Positions 52,222 through 64,000 of a stretch of DNA of 64,000 bases are shown in pieces. The number at the start of each line of letters is the position of its first letter. Within the stretch, counting starts at the first letter, position 1. Source of the stretch: Phoronis australis (taxonomy: Eukaryota; Animalia; Phoronida); the NCBI GenBank assembly GCA_002633005.1, contig NMRA01000221.1, forward strand, positions 312,290 through 376,289. The letters run 5' to 3'. The notes under the pieces are model-generated. The model was not told where the DNA came from, searched no databases, and was given only the letters and a program-made list of their open reading frames with translations. The position numbers were made by a program, and so were the translations under genes.

Positions 52222-55200
52222 ATGGGTAATTTAATTCGGAAGAGAAAGACTGACGTTGACGACCAATGGCGTAAACAGAACGAGGAAGCGTCAACCAATC
52301 CGTGCTATAAGCTCGCAAACCTCGACAAGACAGGTGTGCTCATTGAAGCTTATCGTCATGGCGGCGCCGAGGCAGTGGCAGCTGTCGCTATACAGAAGAT
52401 CGGTCCGTGGGTGTACCACGATGGTAGAGGGGTCATGTTGCCCCACCCAGTCTATGAAGAGTGGTTGAAGAAGTACCACGCCGAGGAATGTGAAGTAAGT
52501 CTGTCTTATACTGTTAAACAGATAATTCAGGGTAACAGTCTTCTGCCTTTATCATGTTCCTACATATCTCTATCTTTCCTGTATCTTTCTTTTCTCTTAG
52601 AACACTACTGGTTTTTTTATTACAAGCTGCTGTTCCGTTTTCTTGAACCACAATTTTTTCTCATGAACGCTTTTGTTTCCTAAAAAAATGCAGGTCTTAC
52701 GAACATTATTCTTTTGTTACAAATACCTAGTTGGGCTGTGTTTATGACTCTGTTGATTACTTTATGGGTGTTCCAAGCTCTTGCACACTTAGGCCTATAT
52801 GGAAATGGAAATTGCCGTCCACACACAGACTTACCTTAGAACAAGTTACTCCTGGAACGAATTGTCGCTAGTATAAGAATCAATAAATCTATTACTGGAC
52901 TTACGGTACGTGGAGATGGCTACGTTGCGTCCTCCTCTCGAGGACTTCATCAGGCCACTGAGTTGTCACGTGACTTGTCATGTGATCTGTCGTACAGTTT
53001 CCGCGGGATTCTCTTCAGCGCCCTATCCCATGTCCTAGGTAAGTGAAACCGCAGCCCCCCCTGTCTATTGTCAATAGACAGGGGGCGCTGCGGTTTCACT
53101 TACCTAGGACATGGGATAGGGCGCTGTCACGTGACAACTCAGTGGCCTGATGAAGTCCTCGAGAGGAGGACGCAACGTAGCCATCTCCACGTACCGTAAG
53201 TCCAAATTATTGATTCTTATACTATGACCCAACTGGATGACTGAAAACATTCATCGAATTGTCGCTAGGTTTGGAGGCTGTGTGGACGCTATATAACCTA
53301 GTGCAACTTGCCCCAATTGTGACAACTTACTCCACCTTATCAAGGTAAGGTAACTTGTTGTAGGGTAACTTGTGCCACTTCTAATCGCTGTTTGGCCGCA
53401 AACCTGGGGCGAGGCGGAAGTAATTACCCCCTGTGGCTACATACACACTGGTCTTCATTTGTGACCCATATTTGTATTAACTGTTCGTTGTCATGCACTG
53501 AGCGACGACGACTTCTGCCTTATCCTAGTTAAGGGACATGCGTGTATGGACGCTTCACTTAAAAGTGGAGTGAGTTGCACCAGTGCAAATTGTTCTAGGG
53601 TAGGCTGTGTATGGACGGGACTGAAGGTGTGTCTATTAATAATTGTGCTGCATTAGATTAGATGTTCCCAAGTGAATCCTCCCTTCTAGACTTCTTTCTA
53701 CATTAGCCTGAAGGTCTTGTGAAGTTTTTGTTTTGGACACTTGGTTGGCGCAATAGTAGGCTGTCTTGTGTTGATCTGCTTACTCAGTCATTTGTACCAG
53801 GTGACTTATAAACCCAAGAGGCTGGAGATGTATTTAAATAAGTCCCTTTGTTTTCGTATTGCATAAAAAGCCTATTTGTTGTTGTATTGCATTCTGTGAT
53901 GTATCCCTGTTACTATAAATAGACTTCCTATATGCGATATGAAAATAGACTTGAACATTATGTATTGCATTGCATTGTGGGATCGGATCCATGTCACTAT
54001 AGTAATATGTTGACAGAAACAACGATGGATTTAAATCGGCGTGTTTCGGCATTTATTAAAACACCATCATCGGAAGAAAAATATTAAATTTAAATTGAGG
54101 CCGAGAAAATTATTAAAGAGCACTGAATGCTGTCAGAGAGAACACATCGTGCAGTTTGGGAGTTAGGAAGATTGACTGCCTTGTAGTGTAGACCTTTTCA
54201 ATCATCATACTCTCTGATTTGTTAAATAAGCACCCAACAAAACTGTCTTGTTTTAAGATAAGTTAAAATAAGAGAACGTTTAATCGTCCCAAACCAAAAT
54301 AAGGAATTCTTGCACGTGAAATTGTTCAGATAATGGAGACAGTATTATTAATAAATGATGGTATAAAATTATTAAGGTAGTAGTTGTGCTTAATTATAAA
54401 ATTTGGACTCATGGAAATGATTTGGATATAGCCACACGATACTCTGCATAGATGACAGAGATTTTTCTGTTGGCTGTTAGTTTTTCTAAATGACTGTCTC
54501 ATTTTATGATTGCTTGGACGAAAGTTGTATTCCTTTCATGGTGAACTTTTCTCAATTACATGACTTTGCATGCTGTCTTTCATCCATTTGTTTAAGCGCT
54601 GCAAATATTCTAGTTAATTGACCACTCGACTTCAGTTTTTCAGTTTCAATTTCCCTTGTGAATGACCCGCGTCGTTTTGTGTTACGCTTCGTGGCCATCA
54701 CCATTTGATCATTTCATGGCATGGCTTCTACTTAATGACTGGACAAAAATGACACAATTTAAACAGGAAAGGATAAACAATGGTATTAATATGCCACAAG
54801 CTATTAAATGCATGGTAAGATAAGCCATTGACTAACTACAGACAAGTTCCTTTGGGAAATCAATAAATCTCTCGCCTTTCCCAATATCTCCGAGTATTGA
54901 ATTCACGTCACGCTTTGTCTCCGCTCATTCACTTTTGTTGATCAATTGATTTGAAGTGTGTAATTCATAGGCTTAAAGCTACTCTCACAGCTAACTTTAG
55001 AAGATATCTGGACGTAGCTAGCCTCACGTGAATAGTGGGATTTTTAACAATTTCAAAGTTAAATAACTCCTTGGCTTTGTTGCACATGGTTTTTCTTAAG
55101 CACAGAAACTGTTTCACATGTCACCACATTTTGTGTCCACAAATCAGTGATATTCTTTTGAGCAGACACTAACTGTTTATCTTGACTTCTATAGCTTGTG

Positions 55201-58200
55201 CACTTTCAAACACCAAACGTGTACATTGTGTTTTAAAATACTTGTAGAATTACCGGTATCCATATATGAGTTCTGTTCACTAAAGAAAATTCTGTAAAAC
55301 AAGAAGGTGTTAGTTGGCATAGTACTGTTGGTGTTTAATTTTGAATTTGTTGAATGAATTTTTTGGATTATGGCGATAGAACAGCAGTGATTTAAGCAAA
55401 ACTTTCCTATTTGTGCACGACAACAGAAAAATTGTATTTTCTTTGGTCATAAGGTAAAAATTCTTCAATTAAAGGCAAACATATCTGTAACCATTTTTCT
55501 ATTTTCACAGACTTTTCATCACTACAAATACTCAAGATTTTTTCCAAATTCTGTTTAGTGACAGCTACACCTATACAAGCCATGCTAAAATCAAGTAAAA
55601 TTTCCCGAATGAGTTGTTTTTGTTGGGAAAATAAAAATTCAATGTCTGCCATATTGCGTTCCAAACTGAATAATTTTTTTGCGTATTCAAAATCATCTTG
55701 ATCAGTTGTCAGTCATTTGTCAATTCCTCAATTATCGTCACATTATTGTACCTCAGAATTGTTGGTCTGACTGCCTTCTATCCAGTGGTCAAAGTTAAAT
55801 CAAGACGAAGCAATGCAAAATTACAACAAATTTCTGAAATCAGAATATATTTGATCAATAGTCTCTCGCTTGAAACACGTTAAATATATTGGTTTTTCAT
55901 ATTTGTCCTCTGTGTGGACAGAGTACACTATGATCTTGTTTACATTAGACTGGTCATGCCTCCAATGGTGCACTATTTATAATTACTCAAACATACTCAT
56001 GCTTTATATACTCCCACTTTACCAAAAACTTTTTGTTAACCTAAACTTGACTTGTGTTCAAAAAACTTGGGACGTGAGGGCTTTGTGAACCTCATTCATC
56101 TGTAGTTCAATGATGCAGTGTTGATCCGGTCTTTCTTACTATAGATGCAGGTGTTCTCACTAACGGCTTTCTTTTCTCGCGAATACAAGTCTTTTCTCTC
56201 CTGCGGCATTTCCTTACGCAAGCACCACAATTTTTACTCACTATCACATTTCTCTGCATGTTAACCACATTCCTTTACAATGTTTGACTAGAGGAATGAG
56301 TAATCAGGTTTTGTACTCAGCACCAAAGCTGTGCTGTGGTCTGTAGACACGAGAATCTCACATAAATGCAAGATCACGCAAGACTTCGCGAGATATCGCC
56401 ATGCGTTTCAGTGGAAGACACGTGATCACACTAATTTATCTTGTGAGTGTCCTAAGTCTATGTAAGGTAGCCCTGTAGGACTTCTGTTTAAAACTCGGTA
56501 CAACTGGGATGTATGAGAAAACAAGAATGATTGCTTAATAGAAAAGAATTGGAGTGTAGCCTATAAGTTCTTTCCATTATGAAATCCTCAATTTCCTATC
56601 TCTAGGAGATAGATTACCGCAAACTGCGACAAGAGTTGCCCATAACAACTACCGAAGATGCTCCAAGTTGTTTCCGACCTCACCCTGATGTAACGATGTC
56701 TAACCACGCTATGTGTTGGGACCTACAACACCGTGGTGCGGTGGGCGAGACTGCCTTGCACCTATGTTTCCTGCTGGACACGCCCATCCACAGGGAGGTA
56801 GCCAGGGTACTGCTCAGTGTATACCCCCTGATGGTGTTCGATATTTATGAAGGGGAGGAGTATTATGGTATGTCTTGCTTGTATTCAATGTGAATAAAAC
56901 TTTGGCGAGTAATGTATATCCCATCAAGATATGCCTTGCAATCAGTTTCGTATAATTGTTCATTATATTGAACCGTCAATAAGAAAATTTAAGCCAGTGT
57001 TTTATTGTATTCCATCTTAACATTTTGACAAACCCTTGAAAAACAATAGAAATGTTTCATCAACTCGAAATATAATTGTGTTGATAGGGGTGGCATCTGC
57101 ATTGGATTAAACACCATTTTGTAATCAATATTCCACGTCGTAGTGTTTGCATGTTGAATTATGTCTCCACTGGACCAAGTCTCGTTGTTGACAACCTCTT
57201 ACTTACATCCAGGCGAGTCGTGTCTCCACCTGGCCATTGTGTATCACGACATTGCCTCTGTCAAATGGCTACTCAGTCTCGGTGCCGACGTCCACCAGAG
57301 GGCCAGTGGGCGGTTCTTCTTGCCAGAGGATCAAAAGAAACGCATCAATTATGAGAAGTCTAACTATGAAGGTGTGTGAAACTGCAGTACACTAGGGATA
57401 TCCAGTGAAATAGCGTCTGTCAAGAATCTTATTAGCACTTATAGCATGTTATTTCCATTTGTTACTTGGCGGAATTCTTCTGCCAAGTATGTTGGTCTGA
57501 CATCAAGTTTTTTTTTGTTTGTTCGCTCTCTAGAGGTCGCAATTTTCGTCCGATTTTCACAAAATTTTCACACAACATGTAGATTGGGAAGTACTGGAAC
57601 GATATTTTTTTTGTCATGATCGGATACAAAATGGCCGATGTGGCGGCCATTTTGTATCCGATTTCACAGTCAAATACTCGTAGAGGTCGCATTTTTCGAC
57701 CTACATGGCTCAAAATCGGTACGAATATACTAGAACGCATGTGCTACAAGTGTGCAGAAAGTTGTTGACTTTCGGTTAAAGATGGCGGAAATAATGGACG
57801 TGGCGCATGCGCACCCCGAAATATGGCTAAAAACGTTTTCTCCTGTAGAGGGCGCATTTGCAAACCAATCACTTTCAAACTGGTCACGTGTTTGTTGAGT
57901 TTAATAAGCTTTTATGAAAAATTATTGAACCGGAAGTCACTTTCCAGATGGCGGCTGTGGCGCATGTTCATTTTGTTTGATTCCATGATCGATGATTATA
58001 TTAGCAGTTGAGGCATGTCATTACTAGCTTTTTTTGATTCCATGCCATTATAGTTACACTGAATAATATCTTTTACAGGCTTAGTCATACATCCTATCGG
58101 CACAATTTGTGACTACAAACTTAATTTTTGAATCAGCATTTTTAAGTTGATCACCTCTCTGACTGATTCACAAAATAATGCTCACATATATTCTCTTGCG

Positions 58201-61200
58201 TTGTCGGTTTCTTCTCGCAAACTATAAGTTTCCAAGTTGTTAACAAATTTTTCTCAAAGACCTGTCAACTACTGGCCATTTAATAATATCACTCGGGGAG
58301 TCCTCGTGAACTTTCAGAGAACAGTGAGTTGTACTATGACGTCATCCCTGTCATACGATAGTCGCCTATTCAGTATCATATGTTTCAATTTACATGTGGG
58401 GTACATCGCTTGAAAACCTTAAGTCAGGCTCAGAATTACTCACAAAAGCCAATGTTTAAGTGTTTAGTGTCGCTATGTTTCAAGGAATTGCGCCACTAAC
58501 AAGTGTAAGTGCGTTGTTAAACATATAACTCTGTGAGGAGGATTTGGTTCATGAGGAGACTCTATGGCTCAGTGGTTTGTGAGACCCAGGTTCAAATCCT
58601 GGCTTTACTGACAGACAATCGAGCATTGCACAGAGGTGTCTCTTACTCCTCTGAGCTCTGTCTTACTAGTGAATGCATGCACGGGAGTGGATGAGAACCT
58701 GGATATAATGCGAAAGCGATTTGTGGGGCTGTGCTCATATTAGAAGAATTGTTCGGATTATCTGTTTTTGTGCCTATTTGTTGTGCGTTCGATGTAGAAC
58801 GTTTTCATAGCCTAAGGGACATATGTCTGAACAGCAGGTGAGGGCGTGTTAATGTTTAATCCCTAGTCCCTCAAGGAAGCAACTATGGAGTCCCCAAGTG
58901 CTGAAATTGAGATGTCCGTGATAAGTGATGCATATTTTGTTATATATCAACACTGTGAGTCTCCTTATTTAGCTACGAATAAGAGCGAGCTGTAGGATTT
59001 TGTTTTGACAGTTTTATTAACAAAAATAAACATTTAAGAACTTTTAGTTTGCTGTTTGCATGATTTGTGCTATGTAGCTGCCGTAAAACTGATGATGGGA
59101 AATTGATTATTTGAAGCATGGTATTTTTAAATACCTTCAGTTGCTTCAAAGCTTAAAAGCTTAAAAGCTTTGAAGAATATACAATTTCAGCAAGTATGGT
59201 TGTGGGAAATATGGGATCATTAACCGTATCACTCATTGCCGTAAGATCGTGTTAGACCTTCAATGCAAGTCAAAATATACAGATTCACTAATTTTTTCAA
59301 AATCCTAAAATTTTCTAGTTTAAAACCTTGTTTATATTTTAAAGGAAGAGTTACGATGAACTTCACCTATTTGATATACAATATGGCGGAAAAGGGTAAT
59401 TTTATTTTGTGCAATATCACTAGAAAATTAAATACTAAGAAAGTTTTAGTCGATTATTTGAATGGTTTGTAGGCTGTGTAGATGTCATGTAATACATTTT
59501 AAAAAATTTCCATTATTTAGAGCAACGTTACCAGCCTTTGACAAACTGAAAAAATATAATTTTTGCGATTATTTTTGTACGAAATAAGTGATCGAATACT
59601 GTAATACCAGACAAAATGGTGAAGGCTAAATAAGTGAGATTTTCTCCCATATTCCTACAGTCATCCAGGTTACCACCAGGGAGCGTAACTTGGTGGGTAT
59701 TAAATTGAGCACGAGCTTTTAAAATTTTTGAAAAGGCGAGGATGGGCGTTTGCCTAAATGGCCGACTAATTGTACTCAAACACATCTTCATTATTTTTCC
59801 ATTCAAGAAAGCAAATATTACAATGCTCGCAAACTGAATTTACGGTTTCATGTCTACTATCAGTTAAAAATTTCCCACCCGAATGATAGTTACCAAGGTA
59901 ACAGAAATGCGTACGTTTTGTGTGCTAAAATTCTCATGAGATGGCGTTCACAAGGACACTGGGGTGTTGGTTGTTTGAATTGGGGGTGGTGCTAAGGTAG
60001 GAATGTAGTTTCTTAGAAATTTATTGACCCATTATAAAAACACCTGGAATATAGTTTCTAAATTAAAAATTTATCAACACATTAAAAAAACACTGAAAGA
60101 TATTGCTTGGTATTTAAATGCAAAAACGGTGTTTCAGAATTTTGAAATAGGCCTTAGATTTGTGTGCATGAATTTTCAAACATCAGGAAGCATCACTGTT
60201 TGCAGTTTATGGCCTTGCGTTCCACAAAAATACAGAAATTGCATTAATGCATTATGTTAATGGGGTCAAATTAGTAAATGTTTGGATGTTGAAAAATTGC
60301 ATTCTATATATTTTGACTTGAAGCGAAGGTCTGGCATAACCTTGAGCTAGTTCTGGTTGTGGATTCTTTAATCAGATATTCGGCATCTTATGTATGTCGG
60401 GCAACACATACGGAGTAACTTTAATTGTCTTGATCTAAATAATTAGAATTACTCTTGAAAAAATAAGTTAATAAAATTCAGTGCTGCAAAATTTTGGGAA
60501 CATTAGAAACAGCTCTGTGTAGAGAGAAGAAATAAATAAATTAGGTTCTGCTCTGTGGCACTGGTCTGCAAAAACATTATCTGTTCAAATGACATTTCAT
60601 TTTGTCTGCATTTTTCTGCTTAACATTCTGTGTTTTACACAACAATTTCTTCTGGAAGTTCATCACACCAAATTCTCTGTTTGCAGGATTTGCCTACTAT
60701 GGTGAATATCCCTTGGCCTTTGCCTGCAGCATGGGTAACGAGACTATATATGACATTCTCCTGCGTCATGGCGCTGACCCTAACGCTCAGGACTCTTATG
60801 GCAATACAGTGCTTCATATGGCAGTTATACACGATAGAAAGGTATCATGTCATCTTTCTATAGCCATTTGTTATCTATGGTCTGTATCATGTTATCTGTA
60901 TTGTGTAGTCTGTATCGTGTGGTCTGTATTGTGTGGTCTGTATCGTGTGGTCTGTATCGTGTGGTCTGTATTGTGTAGTCTGTATCGTGTGGTCTGTATC
61001 GTGTGGTCTGTATTGTGTGGTCTGTATCATGTGGTCCATATTATGTGGTCCATATCGTGTGGTCCGTATCGTGTTTTCTGTATCATGTTGTCCGTGTCAT
61101 GTGGTCTGTATCATGTGGTCCGTGTCATGTGGTCAGTATCATGTGGTCTGTATCGTGTGGTCTGTATCGTGTGGTCTGTATCATCAACTAAAACAGTTTT

Positions 61201-63756
61201 ACACTTTCTGCCTCTTCATGGATTTTTCATTCTGAAAGTTATTTTCTTATGTTTTTTATTAAGTAGAAGCTAACTAAAGTTAATTCTTAAGTTGTTATTT
61301 TAAGTAATTATTACACGAATACCAGTATGTGTTATTGTTATTTAGGCACATTGTTATGTAAGAATGCCTGAGTTTTCCTTTGCCCTTTGCTCTGTTGTTT
61401 GATGTAGTTTATTGGGAGATTTGTGAGTGCATGAACTAGTTGAGTAAAATCTCACCATTTTTGGACAAAAATAATTTACTAAAACTGTTCTTTTCCATTT
61501 TCAAAGGCTTCTAGTATGATTGTAATGCCCAGAATTTTCCAGAACTTTGTCAGATGACAGCTGTAGTAAAAATGTCAATTCGGAAAAACTTTACATAATT
61601 TTGATAATTCAGAACATCTCGCCTTCATTGTTCAGCTAATTTCTTATTTGTAAACACCTAACGCCTGAACTCCTATTTTTTAGTATTGATTTGGCCAAAC
61701 TGTCAAATTCACGCACGAGTGACCTTATTCATCCATTGCTCTTTGGTTGTTCCCAGGAGATGTTCACATATGCCTCCAAGCACTACTTTCACAAAGCAGA
61801 GTTGAGCGTGGAGAACAAGGCTGGGTTAACTCCACTGGCACTGTCCTGCAAACTGGGACGGGGGAAGATATTCGAGGAACTCATTAGACTCGAGAGAGCG
61901 GTAAGGGAAACTAATGTTGAATTTAGTTTATTTCGTAGCGCACTGGTCTTGATGATGTAACCTTTTTGTAGATGTGTTATTGTGATTGCCGAGCAATGCT
62001 GGTTGTCTTTTTCTTACCGTTTGTCGAAATTGAAATTTTTGATAGTCACAATAAAATGTTTCAATAAATCGTGAATTTTACTATACATGGTCCCAACATC
62101 TTCATATTGGTTGTTGACGGGTACAACACAATATCATTTAAACCAAGACAACTAACGGACAACAATGATGACTAATCAGTTCATTCCCAGCACAGAGACC
62201 ACTTCTGATATTTGTAAGGAACAAGTTGAGACCGGATTTGTAGGGGCAAGTGGTATAAGTCAAAAGTTGTATTTTTAATATAGAAAATCAACGAGGGCGA
62301 ATTTATTACATTAAAATTGTTGTGGAATCTCTTCTTTGGTGCAAACTTTTGTATTGATTATTCTGTTGATGACAATGTAAACAAGTTGTTGCGCTACACA
62401 AAATATTCTGTGAATATTCTATCACCCATGACTATGAAGTTAAAAATTAGATAGTCTATGTTCAAAATCAGAGTAAGGAGTGTTGTCTCTTAGATCATGT
62501 GACCAACAAGTGACCAATGAGAATGCTTTTCTCAACTAGTGTGTTGTATTGTGTTACAGGAACTGTGGAGGTATAGTAACATAACGGCGACGTCGCACCC
62601 GCTAGCATCGCTTGATACTATTGGACAGGACGGCAAGATAAGTGAGTATACCAATGACATTATTATAGTTTGATCATTATAAGAAATTATCTAGCATTGA
62701 GTATAGTGTCATCCAGCAGTTCAAGAATAGGGCGTCCAAAATGAGATTCTCATTTTTTAGAGCGTCTGTGGCCAATGTCACGTGACAATGTTTTGATGAC
62801 CCCAAGTCAAATTGCTGTTATAGTGTGATCAGTTATTGAGGGGACGTGGTTCTGAACTAAAGCTCTTCATATCTTACATCATTTCTGAACCATTGCATAT
62901 CTATACGCCCTGAATGCCTCCCACAAGATATCGTCTCAGTAACAAACGAGTAAAGAAAATAACATATATTGCAATATTCAACATGTTCCACTCTGTCGTT
63001 TTTAAGACGAAGAAGATATGGTTGGCCTAATACAGGGTGTCACTAAATTGAGAAAACTTATATATGCAAGGTTAACTACAAAATGTGGAATCACTGTTGT
63101 TCTACTTGTACAGTGACGTACTGTAATGTGTACAGTGGTTGTTTAGATCAGGGGCATATATAGCTTATTTATGGGTTCAAAATTTACCGATAAACAACTT
63201 CACGGGAGGATGACTGTAAAGACACTGAAAAATCAGTAAATTCAAAGCAGTAATAAACCTGACGTTTTTTTGCAAATGTCATCATTTTCCAATACCTTAG
63301 CATTCTTGTATTGTTTATAAAAATATCATGATGCATGTATATGTAAAACTTCACCGTCCTGCTACAAATTCATGGAAAATTGAATCAGTTACAGAGGAAT
63401 ATGGAACGTGGAGATTTTGGCAAATCGCAATTTTCGTAACTGCTTACATCAAACTATACGCCTGTGTGGGCATGCTTGTGACGTGAACTATGAAAAAGGC
63501 TTTAACATTATCAACGATGTGAAATTCAGCTACTTTCAATTTTTTTAAATTAAACTAACTGCATTTAAGTATTTCATCTGACAAGGGGAATGAGTGGAAC
63601 ATGGTCAAAATATGAAGACTTGATTATTTGTTACTTTCAGATGAGGGTTCGGCTCTTATGATGATTATAGATGGTAAGACTGACGCTCATCTGGAGATGT
63701 TGGAGGGAGGAGTGATACGCCATCTGTTGGAGGAAAAATGGCGACATTACATTAGG
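52222..63756 (+). CDS. iav: TRPV channel of the Inactive/OSM-9 subfamily, 5' partial; join(52222-52494,[56347-56442],56606-56867,57213-57371,60687-60841,61757-61900,62560-62641,63641-63756,...)
   Basis: Phase-consistent GT-AG exons. N-terminus CYKLANLDKTGVLIEAY...YHDGRG, ankyrin repeats CWDLQHRGAVGETALHLC, DIYEGEEYYGESCLHLAI, YYGEYPLAFAC, ADPNAQDSYGNTVLHMAV, NKAGLTPLALSCKLGR, and Iav-type ELWRYSNIT...HLEMLEGGVIRHLLEEKW. Transmembrane exons lie beyond the window. Orthologue versus paralogue is not resolved. Confidence 0.9.
52858..53268. mobile_element. Truncated fold-back Penelope-like retroelement with 14-bp TSD
   Basis: TSD cgaattgtcgctag at 52858-52871 and 53255-53268; inverted arms 52869-53224 centred on 53071. 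The left arm (-) encodes NRQGGLRFHLPRTWDRALKRIP..., the NRxGGLR C-terminus of PLE GIY-YIG endonucleases. 3' tail atgacccaactggatgactgaaaacattca resembles PLE pLTR ends. Confidence 0.85.
53143..53183 (+). ncRNA. Minimal type I hammerhead ribozyme motif with GCAA instead of GAAA; mirror copy on - strand at ~52917-52957
   Basis: Stem I TGGC/GCCA, core CTGATGA(+A), stem II GTCCTC-gagag-GAGGAC, GCAA, loopless palindromic stem III AC/GT, cleavage triplet GTA at 53177-53179. Confidence 0.75.
57461..58032. mobile_element. Non-autonomous Helentron/HINE-like element with ~150-165-bp internal units
   Basis: Terminal hairpin tacttggcgga...tctgccaagta (57463-57489), a short T-rich microsatellite, tagagg.cgca unit at 57530, 57681 and 57846, and a ctagcttt end. 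Confidence 0.6.
58557..58610 (+). mobile_element. Internally deleted tRNA-derived SINE head
   Basis: A box TGGCTCAGTGG (58565) and B box GGTTCAAATCC (58589) only 13 nt apart. Confidence 0.55.
60876..61183. repeat. 14-bp minisatellite (GTCTGTATCGTGTG), about 22 copies, intronic
   Basis: Tandem variants starting just after the donor of TRPV exon 60687-60841. Confidence 0.95.
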
Positions 63757-64000
63757 GTAAATAAACTGGCTACTTGTTTGCAACAATTATAGTTCTGTCA
63801 AAAATTTTCCATTTAACTGCAGAAGTTCTCTAACTTGCTGTTTAACAGTTATTTCATGTGTCATATTTGAAATTTTCACGTTATTAAGAAATGAAACTTG
63901 TTTTTGGAATAGGACAATATAGTATGTATTACATTTTACGATTTTTAATAATTTGCTTTTAGCAAGCTTGCCTCATGAAAATAAGTAATATTGTTGTAGT

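Larger units (their letters stand above)
52815..53618. mobile_element. MITE (PIF/Harbinger-like TIR) hosting the Penelope insertion
   Basis: Imperfect TIR ccgtccacacacagacttaccttagaacaa / ttgttctagggtaggctgtgtatggacgg. Confidence 0.6.

Noticed and set aside
60842-61273. Long Cys/Val/Trp-rich ORFs (60602-61273, 60933-61235, 61003-61191)
   Set aside because: Read-through into the 14-bp intronic minisatellite; only 60687-60841 is a TRPV exon

Overview
AT-rich, intron-containing animal (invertebrate) genomic DNA from a draft short-read assembly; the species cannot be determined from sequence alone. Four spliced genes can be built with canonical, phase-consistent splice sites: SMKR1-like (-, 15588-16429); a BTB-BACK plus 9 C2H2 zinc-finger protein (+, 20788-25274); HDHD5/CECR5-like (-, 29612-33875); and the 5' half of an Inactive/OSM-9-type TRPV channel (+, 52222 to beyond the window end). 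A fifth, problematic gene occupies the - strand from 13556 to the left edge. Its exon-like blocks resemble by eye the N-terminal tail of DNHD1-like dynein heavy chains, but many contain in-frame TAA/TAG/TGA codons, so it is either a pseudogene or a recoded/edited gene. This is the most intriguing and least certain signal. The TRPV intron carries a fold-back Penelope-like insertion with a 14-bp TSD and a variant minimal hammerhead ribozyme. Two ~1.4-kb tandem duplications joined by a single N look like allelic assembly artefacts. SINEs, MITEs, Helentron-like elements, a LINE remnant and minisatellites are also present. All homology calls are by eye from remembered family motifs; no searches were run.
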